A DNA stretch of 64,000 bases from Heptranchias perlo. Taxonomy: Eukaryota. A program made the translations under genes and the position numbers. The stretch lies in NCBI RefSeq assembly GCF_035084215.1, contig NC_090358.1, positions 8,494,001-8,558,000 of the forward strand, in the 5' to 3' direction. Positions within the stretch are counted from its first letter, which is position 1. Every line of letters starts with the position of its first letter. The notes beneath the pieces are model-generated. The model saw nothing but the letters and a program-made list of their open reading frames with translations, had not been told where the DNA came from and searched no databases. Positions 12,517 to 26,480 of the stretch are shown here, in pieces.

Positions 12517-14038
12517 ACGTTTGCACAAGTTGACCAGTAGAATTTAGATAAGTTCAGTGATCCAGGCAGGAAAATTTCATTTAAAAAGTTGAGAGAAATT
12601 GCAACAGTTAAATCTAGAAATGGAGTTAAAATGAGCCAAAGAAATATTGCCTTTCATTGAGCCATCACCATACTAGACAAGGCTTTTTAATCAACATAAC
12701 TGCCAGAGGTTCAAAGTTTATATTTTTACACATCATCTCATCTAGTGGGCCTGTACAGTATTTGGAATCATGGTCATTACTTGGACTAATGTACAGCCTG
12801 GGGCTCAGTCAGCAGCCAAGATTAGATAGTCCAGCCTATGTCACAGATTTTAGAAAAAACACTTTGGACCATATAGCATGCCCAATCAAGTATTCCAACC
12901 CACAACAGCACTGAAACTTTATGCTACAACCTCATGTTTTTCTTCAAGTTATAGGAATTCACAATAAAATAAGCTATATAGGGAGACCAAAAGTAGTTTC
13001 ATATCAACTGCATATTGTAAAAGTGTTCACTAGCACAGGCAATCTGGTTTCACTACAGGTGAACCCATCACAGGACCTCAAGTATTCTCATGCCTCATCA
13101 CTGACAGCAATCCTTCTCAAAAAATACCCCTTAGGTGTACAGGTGCTATTAATTTGATGGGATGTAGTTTACCCAGATAAGCCACAACGCTGCACTTAAA
13201 ACAGGATTAGAACAGATATTTAGTAAAATTCCCAGATATTTCATGGTTCCCCATGACATGCGAAGATTTGTTGAGATTTCATAACTTGGAGGCCAATGGC
13301 AATGTTGTACAACTTCTAATTACTAGGGTTGAGATTATCACCATTTAATTTATTGATTTATTCTTGTACCAGAAAGATATTTAGTCATCTTCAGAGGTTA
13401 AATCATAAGTGAAATTCTGAGGTAACACCTGAACCCTTCTCCACCCTACCAAGTTTTAGAAAATGGATCTCAAGTTAGCTGACTCTAATGTGAAACATTC
13501 AGTGCAGGGAAACAGAGCAATATCTGTGTTGAGAATATAGGCCACTAGAGGAATGGTTTGTGGTAATGTGGAAGAATTTTGAGAAGCCCAAGTGAATGGC
13601 CAAGGCCCACAGTACATCAGCTATGTAAGAAACACGTAATACAATATTGAGTCATTGCTGGTATGTCACTTTTAACGTTGACTGGATAAAGGCATTTAAA
13701 TAGTAGCTGGAGCTTTGTTCCGTAGATGAAACGCAAGTGTATTCAAAATTTCGCAATGGTCTTAAAAACCTCACTATAGGTCCACAACTTCATGCTATAG
13801 TCATTTTGGGCCTATGTCCATGAAGGTAATTCATCTTACAAAGATGCTGCCCATCTCATGTCAAGACTTGAAGTGAAAAAAAATGGATTCATTGTTCTGT
13901 AAACTTATGCACAATGTTTAGGGATTTTATCACTAATACATGATATTTTATGGACTTCAGTGTTCACTTTGAGTATCATCTATGTTTAATATCAACAGGT
14001 AACACACTTCAAAAACAAGCAACACAGGGTGCACTTAC

Positions 14039-14232
14039 CACAAGCCAAACATCTGGTACCAATGCAGTTATTTCTTGCCCTTGCTTTTTAGCATTCTGAA
14101 TGAACATCAAAACATGTTTGTAGGCGTGGCTGTATAGTTTAGAGACCAAAAAATACACCCGCTTGTAGTTCCTATGTGGAGGTTTGGAAAGGCTGATGGT
14201 TTCTTCACCATTTAAATCTTCATCTACAGTTC
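14039..14232 (-). CDS. PLIN1: Perilipin exon 6 (GTVDEDLNGEETISLSKPPHRNYKRVYFLVSKLYSHAYKHVLMFIQNAKKQGQEITALVPDVWLV)
   Basis: Open 194-nt exon, ttttgcttag / gtaagt, phase 1/0; Y.R...L...L...AY...AK..GQE pattern of the perilipin helical region. Confidence 0.85.
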
Positions 14233-15309
14233 CTAAGCAAAAAAACAGTAAGTGAATATTCTGAACAACACGAAGCTACAGGTTTTGCTTTAATGATATT
14301 GTGGTAACACAAGTAGTGGACAATGGCCAGAATACAACTTTCCCCCAATTGAAGCCCTCTATATAACCATTTCCACTTTGTAGCTCCCAAGACAAAATTA
14401 TCTATGGTGCAATTGGGAAAGGGCAAGAAGAACTCAGCAATGCACAGTTTAGTTTGGATGGTTGCATTCCTGGTCTGAATCCCATCATCCCCAAAACCAA
14501 GGGGCTCACAAAATTATGGGTCTTGTCTTATATTTAAATTTTACCACTAAGGTCATTCAAATCTGATACTCAGTGAATAGTGCTGTTGTGAAATGTTCAG
14601 GAGCACAAAGCAACCTACAGGTGGTTTAGCATTTCTTGTGGCATTGATTTTACTGCAACTATAAGTTAGTCTAAGTCAGGTTTTGAGACAGTCTACGTAG
14701 CATATATAAAAGCTGATAGTTATGGCATTTGCAGAAGATGCCCATTGCCAACATATCCAAGTCATAAGTCAAAAGGTGTCCCTGTTCAAATCTAACGTTA
14801 AAAGAAGTTCCATTCATTCAGTATCCCCACCACCTTCCGTGAATAAGAAACAACTCTTGTTCACGTGATATCCGAGTTTCATGGGAATAGGACCGAAGAA
14901 TACTCCTGGTCATTCTCAAAGGTTTAGCACACCTAGTGACAGCTTCTTTCATTACGGGTTGGGGCTGGGGGGAGGAGGGGGGAATGATGAGATAAAGGGT
15001 GAACCTTTGCTCTTAGATTATCAACAAGATCTCATCAAGGTGCATCTGTCTTGCAACATATTACAGACAACTTATCGTCAGAAGATTTAAATTAATTGTT
15101 AGCGCTTTGCAGCAGATAGTGACAGTTCCTCCTGTGTGATAAAAATCACACGATTGGACAAAGCTGGGTCTAAATTTAACTTAATTACAGAGGAATATCA
15201 GGACTGATGAAGTAATGAAGGAATTTTGCACAGTAGTAATTTGCTGCAAGAGAAAAGAACATTTATCCCATTACCTTAGACACATAGTTCCAAAAATTGC
15301 TGTATCAGG

Positions 15310-16055
15310 CTAACGAACGGCACCCGGTTAGTTAGACTTGCCCGTTTAATGTCGGTGATATTTTGTCCTGCAAGTTGCTGGAAGTGGGAGATGGAAACAG
15401 CACGTCGCCCCCTGCAGGGCATCTGGGATCTAAGTGAACAGGGCAAGCAACTTTATATCTCCTTAACCAATCCTTAAGGATTGTTAAATCAACAGTGCAG
15501 GGACTGAACAAGGAAGTGTAAGTTGACATTGAATTAACCATTCTAAATCAGGTACAGAAAGAGAAATAAAGACTGGGAAGGAAAGATTGGATTAAGAGAG
15601 AGAGAAAAACAAGACAAAGAAAAAGTTTTTTAAAAATGTATTTAATTTTTTTTATTTTTAAAATCTCCAACAACAATTAAAACCTGAAAGAACGAGACTC
15701 CACACTTGTAATAGTTAATTTTCAATGCCAAAGAGGTTGACTGGCAGTAATTAACACTTATCACTCCGTTAAAAGGGTACTGAGACTGAAATGGACAAGC
15801 CCTAACTTTCTGTGGCGAGTTTAATTCGTATCTACCGTGCAAATACAGCAACTTTGCGTTGTTCAATGGGGACCCAGTCAGCAAGATGCCGTTTTCACGG
15901 AGCTAACGGTGGAGAGGTGCATCTCCAACAGCAACTTATCGATTTCCACGTTTAATGGCGCATCTGACCTCGCCTGAAGTTGCTGTGGCATTTGCACATA
16001 AATAATGGCGAGTGCTATTAGCCTCACCGTTATTATGACAGCAATTTTTGGGCCA
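15310..16055. mobile_element. Non-autonomous DNA transposon remnant
   Basis: CpG-richer block ending aatttttgggcc; no coding capacity; left end uncertain. Confidence 0.5.
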
Positions 16056-17280
16056 ATTAATTATAAATGCACTGTCGCTCCTTCAAGCAGACAATCATTT
16101 ATGTGTAATTGCAAATTCCATAGCAGAACATTTGAATTCTCAATCATTTGAAAATTAATAGCCTGGAAGATTCAGGTTGTGGTGCATACATACCATACAA
16201 TGGCCGGAAACCTGTCCAAGTTCAATATCAGCTGACATATCAAGAAGGCACAAGGAAAGATAGCCCCAATTATTTGCTGAACACAGAATATCCTCTCATC
16301 AGAAAGAACATTAAATCAGCCAGAATGTCTAGACAAACTGGGCAGAAGCACATATTTATTAAAATAAGTCTACTTTTTAAGTATACTTTGGAACAGCTTA
16401 GTTGATTTGGCTTCCAATCAGATAGGAGTGGAATGGAGCTTCAGGACAGCTCAACCAGGTCTTGTTTGGAGGGGAAATTTAATGCTTCTGCAATGGAGAG
16501 TTGTGGTGGACAACTGACCAGATTCTTTGTTGAGAGGGAGGGAAGGGAAGGAAAAGCAATATGCAATTGGGTCATCCATTTGCTAGTGAAAGTAAAGAAG
16601 CTACAAGCCCATATTTGCATGAGGTGGACAGTTGGGAACCAGTGGGATAAAATGAAAGCCAATTTTTTTTTTGGTATTCAGACGAGACTGTAAAACCGAG
16701 TCCAGTGAAAAAGCAGTCATTTATAATCGTGAGGCGTCCAGGTTCTGCAACATAAAGCACAACAATGTGTACTCTTTAACTGGGGATTTAGGACCTTTAA
16801 AAGCATAAAAGAACTGGCAGTACTTCAACACTTTCATGGCCGTGAAAGTTCAACGTCACACCTATATGGATTTAATGCTTGGAAGGTACAAACGGTCTCC
16901 GTTAACCTCACAGGTTAACACAATTGTGAAGATCTAAATGTTCTCTTCAGGCATCAGAGCAGGAAGGTGATGAATGTAATTTGCAAGCAAACACTCAAAG
17001 CAGCATGGCACAGCCAGCTCAATGCAAGATCAACTGGAAGCACACATTCCAACTGTTGCTCCACAATCCTATATGTTGACATCTGCCGCTTTCAAAACAA
17101 AATTGTCTGAAGCTTTATCAGAATGATACTCAACACAAATATTGTAGAAGTGGCCAATTTGCAGATTTCTCCATTTTTAATAGAAAAAGGCTGAACTGGT
17201 TAATATGGTGCCAGTAAGACTGGGTGTGTTAAGATTTCCAACTTCCGGAAGTCCAACACATCATTCCCCTCCTCTTAGTT

Positions 17281-18470
17281 GGCCTAGAAATTGCAGGAGT
17301 GGGGCATCTCACAGCGAGTGCCGTGAATTGGATTTTTTTTACCTTGCCCTTCAGATCATATCATTTTTGCGCTGCAAATGCAAATTGATAACAAGGTCAA
17401 TGGGGCACCTAGGATCTTGTGAACATTGGGTTCAATGGTCTATCTCTAACAAATGAAATTTAAGGATAGAAAAACTGAGTGATCGACGGAGAAGGAAATA
17501 GGTATCTAATAGCATCATTAGTTTGTCATGCAGAGTGTGTTTAGGGAAAGATTTCTGTGAGAACAAAAGAGGGGAAGATGGCCAAACACTCTGCGGAACG
17601 GATCCTCCAGCCTCACCAGTTGCAATGTTCCTGATGCGCCCCCCTGCCCACAATCTCCATGACTGCCTCTTCTAATTAAGAGAATTCTCCTCCTCCTGTC
17701 CATGCTTTCTCCCTACTGTTGTGTACCAACTTGTCCTGCAAGAAGGGAGGATGTGCGTTTGTGTATGGCTTGTTGTGAAGGTAGAGTAGTGTTGCTGGTG
17801 CAACAATGGCACAGGTGTGAGGACGCGAGGGAAGTAATCACGAGGACAGTAGCAGGTGCAGGAGGTTCAGCAAAGTGTGCTGTGGAAAGGGAAGGAAAAT
17901 GAGGCAGGGAAGGCTTGTGAGTACTGGGCCTAAGGAGAGAGTAAGAGAGATTCTAGTAGGTATCTTAACAACTCTGGTCAGATCATTGATTTTTTTTTTT
18001 TTAAATACTGTGCTCTGTTCCTCACATTCACTTGCTCTGCCACCTCTGACCACTGGTGCCAGGCAACTTGCCGTGGAACCCTTCTCCCATCGGCTGGAAA
18101 GAGCAGCTCCCTCGTCCTGGTCAGCTCCTCCACCAAAACTTTCAGGGCAGCGTCTGAAAAGCAGGAAGGCGTTCCTGCAACACCTCTGCCTGCCATTTCC
18201 AGCGTTGAACTACAATTCCGATGACGACAACCAAAGTGCGTCTCCCCTTGAGGAGGTGCACGCTACCTATAAATGGCATCAATGATGACCGATTCCCCAC
18301 CCCTAATGGTGAGCTGCCAATAAACAGCATGAGTAGCGCTGGCAGCCAGTCATAATAAAATGAGACATGCAGTCCAACGTGTCCCACGAGTCTCTCAGTG
18401 ACGTCATCGGGCGTCCTGCTCGTGTCTCTCATTTCATGCCGGAAACAGGCGCAAGTTGAATTTCTCCCCC
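17281..18470 (-). mobile_element. PIF/Harbinger-type DNA transposon remnant with a Myb/SANT-like ORF (18196 to about 17960, frameshifted)
   Basis: FSDAALKVLVEE...RELLFPADGRR...WSEVAEQV...KKINDLTR; inverted ends ggcctagaaatt / aatttctccccc. Confidence 0.75.
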
Positions 18471-18694
18471 AATGCTCCGTGGAGCAATTAGATCTTGTAC
18501 AAGTTCAACATTAGCATCTTGCCTTTGTACGCTATGCCTCTCAGCTATAAAACCAAGAATTTTGTTTGCCTTTTATGGCTTTATCTACTTGTGCTGCCAC
18601 CTTGTATGACCTGTATCTGTGCACCAAGATCTCACTACTCTTCTACTCCATTAAAAGTCTCATCTTTTAAAATATATTTCCTTTCCCTTTTTTT

Positions 18695-20340
18695 TTGGTT
18701 AAGGGATGTGGGCATCGCCGACAAGGCCAGCAGTTATTGCACATCCCTAATTGCCCTTGAGAAGGTGGTGGTGAGCCGCCTTCTTAAACTGCTGCAGTCC
18801 AGTCCGTGTGGTGAAGGTTCTCCCACAGTTAGGTAGGGGGTTCCAGGATTTTGACCCAGGGACGATGAAGGAACAGCGAATTATTTCCAAGTCGGGATGG
18901 TGTGTGACTTGGAGGGGAACATGCAGGTGGTGTTGGATCCCACGTCCCGGCTGCCCTTGTCCTTCAAGGTGGTCGAGGTCGCGGGTTTGGGAGGTGCTGT
19001 CGAAGAGGTGTTGGCGAGTTGCTGCAGTGCATCCAGTAGATGGTATACACTGCAGCCACGGTGCGCCCGGTGGTGAAGGGAATGGATGTTTAGGGTGGTG
19101 GATGGGGTGCCAATCAAGTGGGCTGCCTTGTCCTGGATGGTGTCGAGCTTCTTGAGTGTTGTTGGAGCTGCACTCATCCAAGCAAGTGGAGAGTATTCCA
19201 TCACACTCCTGACTTGTGCCTTGTAGATGGTGGAAAGGCTCTGGGGAGTCAGGAGGTGAGTCACTCACCACAGAATACCCAGCCTCTGACCTGCTCTTGT
19301 AGCCACAGTATTTATGTGGCTGGTCCAGTTAAGTTTCTGGTCAACGGTGACCCCCAGGATGTTGATGGTGGGGGATTCGGCAATGGTAATGCCATTGAAT
19401 GTCTAGGGGAGGTGGTTAGACTCTCTCTTGTTGGAGATAGTCATTGCCTGGCACGAATGTTACTTGCCACTTATCAGCCTTAGCCTGGATGTTGTCCAGG
19501 TCTTGCTGCACGCGGGCACAGACTGCTTCATTATTTGAGGCGTTCCGAATGGAACTGAACACTATGCAATCATCAGCAAACATCCCCATTTCTGACCTTA
19601 TGATGGAGGGAAGGTCATTGATAAAGTAGCTGAAGATGGTTGGGCCTAGGACACTGCCCTGAGGAACTCCTGCAGCAATGTCCTGGGGCTGAGATGATTG
19701 GCCTCAACTACCACTACCATCTTCCTTTTGCTAGGTATGACTCCAGCCATTGGAGAGTTTTCCCCCCTGATTCCCATTGGCTTCAGTTTTATTATGGCTC
19801 CTTGGTGCCACACTCAGTCAAATGCTGCCTTGATGTCAAGTGCAGTCACTCTCACCTCTGGAATTCAGCTCTTTTGTCCATGTTTGGACCAAGGCTGTAA
19901 TGAGGTCTGGAGCAGAGTGGTTCTGGCGGAACCCAAATTGAGTATTGGTGAGCAGGTTATTGGTGAGTGCAGCTTGATAGCACTGTCGACGAAACCTTCC
20001 ATCACTTTGCTGATGATTGAGAGTAGACTGATGGGGTGGTAATTGGCCGGGTTGGATTTGTCCTGCTTTTTGTGGACAGGACATACCTGGTCAATTTTCT
20101 ACTTTGTCGGGTAGATGATGGTGTTGCAGCTGTACTGGAACAGCTTGGCTAGAGGTGCGGCTAGTTCTGGAGCACAAATCTTCAGCACTACAGCCGTGAT
20201 GTTGTCGGGGCCCATAGCCTTTGCTGTATCCAGTGCACTCAGCTGTTTCTTGCTATCCCGTGGAGTGAATCAAATTGGCTGAAGAATGGCTTCTGTGATG
20301 GTGGGGATCTTGGGAGGAGGCCGAGATGGATCATCCACTC
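18695..20340 (-). mobile_element. CR1-group LINE, 5'-truncated copy of the family at 37061-40377
   Basis: Reverse complement aligns to about 38610-40370 (VTHLLTPQSLSTIYKAQVRSVMEYSPLAWM); poly-T at the left end. Confidence 0.92.
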
Positions 20341-20949
20341 ATTGCATTTATCCCCGGCTTCCATTGTTAATATTTAGTTCCATTGCCATTAATATTTAGT
20401 TCATTGTAAGGCTGTTTAATAAATAAATGAAAACAAAGTGGAAATTTCCATTATTTACTGAGCAGCTACCACCTGTTGTAGAGAAATCTGATGATGAAAA
20501 AGTCCCCACCAGATTTAAACTGCAAGTTAAAAACGCCATTGCTGTCTAGGTCATGTTCCTTTTCCTTCTTTCTCCGCAATACATCATGGTAGTAAACCCT
20601 TTAATCAACCAAATTAAAAGCTCTTCTATCCTGACATTTATGTTTGCCCTTCCTTTAGGCAGCTGTGGTATTGGATGACAAAAAGGCCAACATCACTCCG
20701 AAGACAAGGAAGATTGCTCAGTACCTGGACACATTTCTTTGAAGTGGCTCCTCCCCCACCCCGAGTTCACTACATGAGCAGTGAATTAAGACACTGGAAT
20801 TCTGCATATTAAATAGAATGTTCCGAAACCAGCACTGGGAATTTCCTTGGATGTTCTCCCAATCAGCGGCCGTAACTTCGGATAAAGAGCGGCGTAAACA
20901 GGGTTTCTGCTGAAGTTACAATGGCCGATCGAGAGACTCCACCCTCCCC

Positions 20950-21160
20950 AAGAGGAAATATATCGGCGTTCCTTCATTGTCGCTAGGTCAAAATCCTGGA
21001 ATTCCCTACCTAACAGCACTGTGGGAGAACCTTCACCACACGGACTGCAGCGATTCAAGAAGGCGGCTCACCACCACCTTCTCAAGGGCAATTAGGGATG
21101 GGCAGTAAATGCCGGCCTCGCCAGCGACACCCACATCCCATGAATGAATAATAAAAAAAG
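20950..21160 (+). mobile_element. 3' tail fragment of the same CR1-group LINE
   Basis: Near identical to 40180-40377, ending cccatgaatgaataataaaaaaa. Confidence 0.9.
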
Positions 21161-21224
21161 AAATTCCCATCGCTTGCACTTAACTGCATTTTAAGTCACT
21201 CTGGTTAAGTACCAGGTTAATTCT

Positions 21225-21627
21225 GTCAGCTTGGCAGCACTCTCACCCACAGTCACAGTCAAGAGCCCAACTCCAGGACTAGACCATATAATCTAGACTG
21301 ATACTCCAATGCAGTACTGAGATAGCTTTGCATTGTAGGAGATTCGGTCTTTTAGATGAGATGCTGAACCAAGGCTCCCATTTTCCTGTTCAGGTGAACG
21401 TAAAAGATTCTATGGCACGAGTGAAAGAGATTCTCCTGGTAACTGGCCACCATTCATCCCTTAATCATCAAAACTGATTACTGGTCATTAATTTCACTGC
21501 CTTTTATGGGTTCTTGCAGTGCACAAATTGGTTGCCACATTTGCCTACAAAACTTGATTGAACTTAAAAGTAATTCATTGGCTATGAAGGGCTTTGAGAC
21601 ATCCTGAGGATGTGAAATGCACTATAA
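21225..21627 (+). mobile_element. DeuSINE-like tRNA-derived SINE, near full length, degenerate
   Basis: tRNA-like head, central gatgagatgctgaaccaagg...gtaaaagat..atggcac block, L2-like tail. Confidence 0.7.
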
Positions 21628-22679
21628 TCCTATGATATTGCTCATTCACAATCACATAATCCAAATCTGAAAGAAAACTGAAGCCTGCAATTTTATTCTG
21701 ATTAGAACCAAGTTAAGGGAACATTGACCAGTCTTGTTGCTCCTTCTAAGCTGCAAATACAGTATTCAACATCCTTCCTCCTTGCTGCAATTAAATCTAG
21801 ACTCATTGGGCTGTTTCCTACTTTAACACATGTTTTTCCAGGACCTCAAAATTGTAACTTCTTACCTCCCTCAGGCTTTCCCTTCTCCTACAATCTACAA
21901 CCATTGAAAAAAAGAATCAATGCTTTGCTTTACTGAATCACCAATTCCTGATTTACCTCACTTCCTCTTCCATCTTGACACTTTCTTGCACCATCTACCT
22001 CGACTCTTCAGCCAAGTTTCTTATTTTAAAAATAAGAGCATGGTCAAAATGTTTCTTTCAAATCAGCTCCTATCACAGGATCTTGTTAAGGAGGACATCA
22101 TCCTCTAGGATACATAAGTCTCAGGCTTAAGGATCCTCTAATAAGCTGGTCAAGCCTGGGCTTCAGTTGTTTGCAAGCTTGCCAACTCCCCACATTTAGT
22201 GTCGCTGCAGTTTGTGTTTTGTACGATGCCAGTATTTTACTGCTGTTTTCACTGTCAGTAGTGCAGGATGGATAGCCCTTCCTGATTGTACTGAACAGAG
22301 TGTACGGTTCTGTTGGTTCCATTGCAAGTTGTAAATTTAAATAGTTTTCGCACAGGGCGATCCCCTTTCATGTTGAAGAACTAATGGCACTCAGTCCTCA
22401 AGGAACTGCTTCAAGAGGACTCTGCCTGACACACTGAACTATATTGAAGGTTACAGTGACTTTTAGGCTGCACTTATTTTTCCACCCCATTAAAATGAAA
22501 TGCCTTATAAATGCTGAGTCTGTGTTTCATTTGGACAAATTGTCTATCCCTTCACAATAAACTAGAGATTTAACGATGTTGAAAGACATTACATTTTTTC
22601 CATTGCCCACTATTGAATTAGAACTAGTTTCTGGTTTTGTTTTATTTTCTGAAATAAAATGAACAATGAGTTTATGTAG

Positions 22680-23045
22680 CACCCTCTCCCTTCATTCTCA
22701 GGATGCGTTACAAGTCATGGATTACTTTTGAAATGTAGGCAAACACAGCAGCCAATTGGCGACTTCCCAAAAAACAGCAAATTGAATGAATGACTGGATA
22801 AACTATTTTTGGTGACGTTGATGAGGGAGGAACATTGGTCAGGACACTGGGAGAACCCTTCTTCTTCAATTACGACGACGTGATCTTACATCCACCTAAA
22901 CAGAGACGGCCTCGGTTTAATGTCAAGTTCAAAGGACAGCACTTCCAACAATTCAGCAGTTTCTCATTGTCATACCGAAAGGTCGGCTTGGATTATTTGT
23001 TCAAATCCGCAGCGAGTCCTGAGCCTACAACCTCCGACAGTCTCA
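22680..23045 (-). mobile_element. DeuSINE-like SINE, degenerate
   Basis: Reverse-complement similarity to 29783-30095. Confidence 0.6.
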
Positions 23046-24898
23046 GCAGTGTGGCATTTTAACAATGGTGATTTAGATTGAGCCACCACCTCCCTGCCTC
23101 AACTCTGACCCTGTCTCACTGAGTGGAGAAGTCACATTACATCAGCCTACAGCAGTAAATCGAACTGCAGTGAGTGACACACATTTCTGCACAGTGCAGA
23201 CATTTCTGGTGTTTGTACTTCTGATTAAAAAAAACTGTTGAAAATTTTGCTTTGTACATTTGAGTGAGCCATGGTTGTCCCAATGCAACCACCCAGTGGG
23301 GTCTTTGACTGGACAAGCACTCAGGTTATGTGCTACACACATCAAGGCAGAACGTACCTTATAAATGCTACTGGGTAAAATCTGTAAGGAGAAAGTTGTG
23401 AATGTCGAATGCTCATTTTGCCCACATGTAATTACAGGAACGGTTGGGACATTTGTGTTTAGATGAAAAAAAATCAGTTAGTCCATACAGATTAGACTTG
23501 ATTCCTGAAAGACAGCATCCTCTAGTGGAAGATAAAGAGATTTTTCTTCTCCCAGTTTTATGATAAAGATACAAGAGGCATGGATTGAAATGCTACATGT
23601 GTCAAATGAGGAAAAAAAAATCGTTCAGCATGACCCAACCACTATTCTACCTCAAGACCGCCTGTCTCTATCAAAACATCCAGCATCTAATTCATTTTGA
23701 ATGCTTCAAAAAGGTGAGTCAATATTTACTACATGGGTGGCAGTCTATTACATTAATCAGCATCACATTTGATGTTATTCCTCAAGTTTAACTGCTTGAT
23801 CAGCTGGTTCTACCCCAATTTTGGATAAAATCACCAACATTTTTTAAAAGTGAGAATGCAAATTTTTCCTTAGCTCATCGACCTAAGATCTAAGATTTTT
23901 CTTGTCCTTCACAAAATCCTTTCCACTTCCTCTCATCTGAAGGACAATATTCCACATGCAATTATCTAGGATGCTTTATACCAGTCTTCTATAGGTCTAT
24001 ATACACACCAACATTTGTTTTTTCAAATGATGCTCCATTATGAACACATTGCGTGATAGACAGTGTAGCATCCATAGGGATAATTATATATTCACATAGA
24101 TAAATATATGGGCAAGAAAGTATGTTGAGTGTGAAGATTACTAAAGCCAATATATATATATATATATAATAGGGGTAATTATAGATCCCACAGCATATCA
24201 CCATTTCAATACATTGCTGCAGTGTACTGGGATTCCGTAGAAAGCAAACTGCTTCATTTACATAATTTAAAATGTCTATTGAACATCGTAGAATGTTACA
24301 CCGTAGAAACAGGCCATTCAGCCCATCAAGTAAGCACTACTGCTCCCCCTCCCTCTCCCTCTCCATACAGTCTAATTCCACTCCACCTCACAACCATTAA
24401 TAATCTTTTTATTCAAGCAGCTAATTTGCTTCAACAACAGTTTGTGGCAGAGATGTTTACATTCTAACTACACTTATGAAATAATATTTTTCTAACCACC
24501 CTTTAATTCTTTGCGCATTTCATCTTAAACCTGTGCCTTATTGCTGACCAGTGGAAATGTTTACTATTGCCCTCATTGTATTCCTTAAAATATTGGGCCT
24601 AACTTAGGTCTTGGACAAGCTCAACATTAATTCCTTGCTTTTGTATGCTATACAGCTAGGCAAAAAAATAATTTTTTTTCTTGTTTTATGAAGGCTTATA
24701 CTTGTGCTGGAACCTTTAGTGAGCCATGTATCTGAACACCAAGGTCCCTGTGGTCCTCTATCCCATAAAATATTAATATTTAAAAAGTTATTTCCTTTCC
24801 ATTTTTTACATTACAAGTGCACACAAGAGCAAAAAAAAAAGGAAAAAGGGGAAAAAGAGAAAGAGAAGGAAAGAAAGAGAAAAGAGAACTTGCATTTA

Positions 24899-26281
24899 AG
24901 AACATAAGAAACAAGAGCAGGAGTAGGCCAATCGGCCCCTCGAGCCTGCTCTGCCATTCAACAAGATCATGGCTGATCTGATCCTAACCTCAAATCTAAA
25001 TTCATGTCCAATTTCCTGCCCGCTCCCCGTAACCCCTAATTCCCTTTACTTCTAGGAAACTGTATTTCGGTTTTAAATTTATTTAATGATGTAGCTTCCT
25101 GGGGCAGCAAATTCCACAGACCTACCACCCTCAGTGAAGAAGTTTCCCCTCATCTCAGTTTTGAAAGAGCAGCTCCTTATTCTAAGATTATGCCCCCTAG
25201 TTCTCGTTTCACCCATCCTTGGGAACATCCTCACCGCATCCACCTGATCAAGCCCCTTCACAATCTTATATGTTTCAATAAGATCGCCTCTCATTCTTCT
25301 GAACTCCAATGAGTAGAGTCCCAATCTACTCAACCTTTCCTCATATGTCCGCCCCCTCATCCCCGGGATTAACCGAGTGAACCTTCTTTGTACTGCCTCG
25401 AGAGCAAGTATGTCTTTTCTTAAGTATGGACACCAAAACTGTATGCAGTATTCCAGGTGCGGTCTCACCAATACCTTATATAACTGCAGCAATACCTCCC
25501 TGTTTTTATATTCTATCCCCCTAGCAATAAAAGCCAACATTCCGTTGGCTTTCTTGATCACCTGCTGCACCTGCATACTAACTTTTTGATTTTCTTGCAC
25601 TCGGACCCCCAGATCCCTTTGTACTGCAGTACTTTCCAGTTTCTCGCCATTAAGATAATAACTTGCTCTCTGATTTTTCCTGCCAAAGTGCATAACCTCA
25701 CATTTTCCAATATTGTATTGCGTCTGCCAAATCTCCACCCACTCACCCAGCCTGTCTATATCCCCCTGTAGGTTTTTTATGTCCTCCTCACTCTCCACTT
25801 TCCCTCCCATCTTTGTATCATCTGCAAACTTTGATATGTTACACTTGGTCCCCTCCTCCAAATCGTTAATATAGATTGTAAAGAGTTGGGGACCCAGCAC
25901 CGACCCCTGCGGAACACCACTGGCTACTGGTTGCCAGTCCAAGAATGAACCATTTATCCCAACTCTCTGCTTCCGGTTAGATAACCAATCTTCCACCCAT
26001 GCCAGAATATTACCCCCAATCCAGTGATTCTTTATCTTGAGCAATAATCTTTTATGTGGCACCTTGTCGAATGCCTTCTGGAAGTCTAAATACACTACGT
26101 CCACTGGTTCCCCTTTATCCACCCTGTACGTATGTCCTCAAAGAACTCAAGCAAATTTGTCAGACATGACTTCCCCTTCGTAAAGCCATGCTGACTTTGT
26201 CCTATTAAATTATGATTATCCAAATGTTCCGCTACTGTCTCCTTAATAATAGACTCCAAACTTTTACCCACCACAGATGTT
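24899..26281 (-). mobile_element. CR1 LINE, 5'-truncated, relatively young; RT ORF remnant 25079-26122
   Basis: VDVVYLDFQKAFDKVPH, SGVPQGSVLGP, KFADDTK motifs and a ttcttatgtt-type tail; interrupts a SINE/L2 tail (aacttgcattta | tatagcatcttt). Confidence 0.95.
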
Positions 26282-26480
26282 ATATAGCATCTTTCTGTTA
26301 ACACTACTGTGAAGCATCTTGGCACATTTTACTACATTAAAAGGTGCTATTTAAATGCAAGTAGCTATTAGGCCATTCTGCTGAGCCTTCTAGCAGCCAA
26401 GGTCTAGGAGTGAGTCATCTGTGTATCACATGTAAGGAAACAGTGACCAAAATTTTTTTTAAAAAAAAGAGGATTCTTAC

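Noticed and set aside
25079-26122. 347-aa ORF as a host or domesticated gene
   Set aside because: Ordinary 5'-truncated CR1 RT fragment with frameshifts at both ends.
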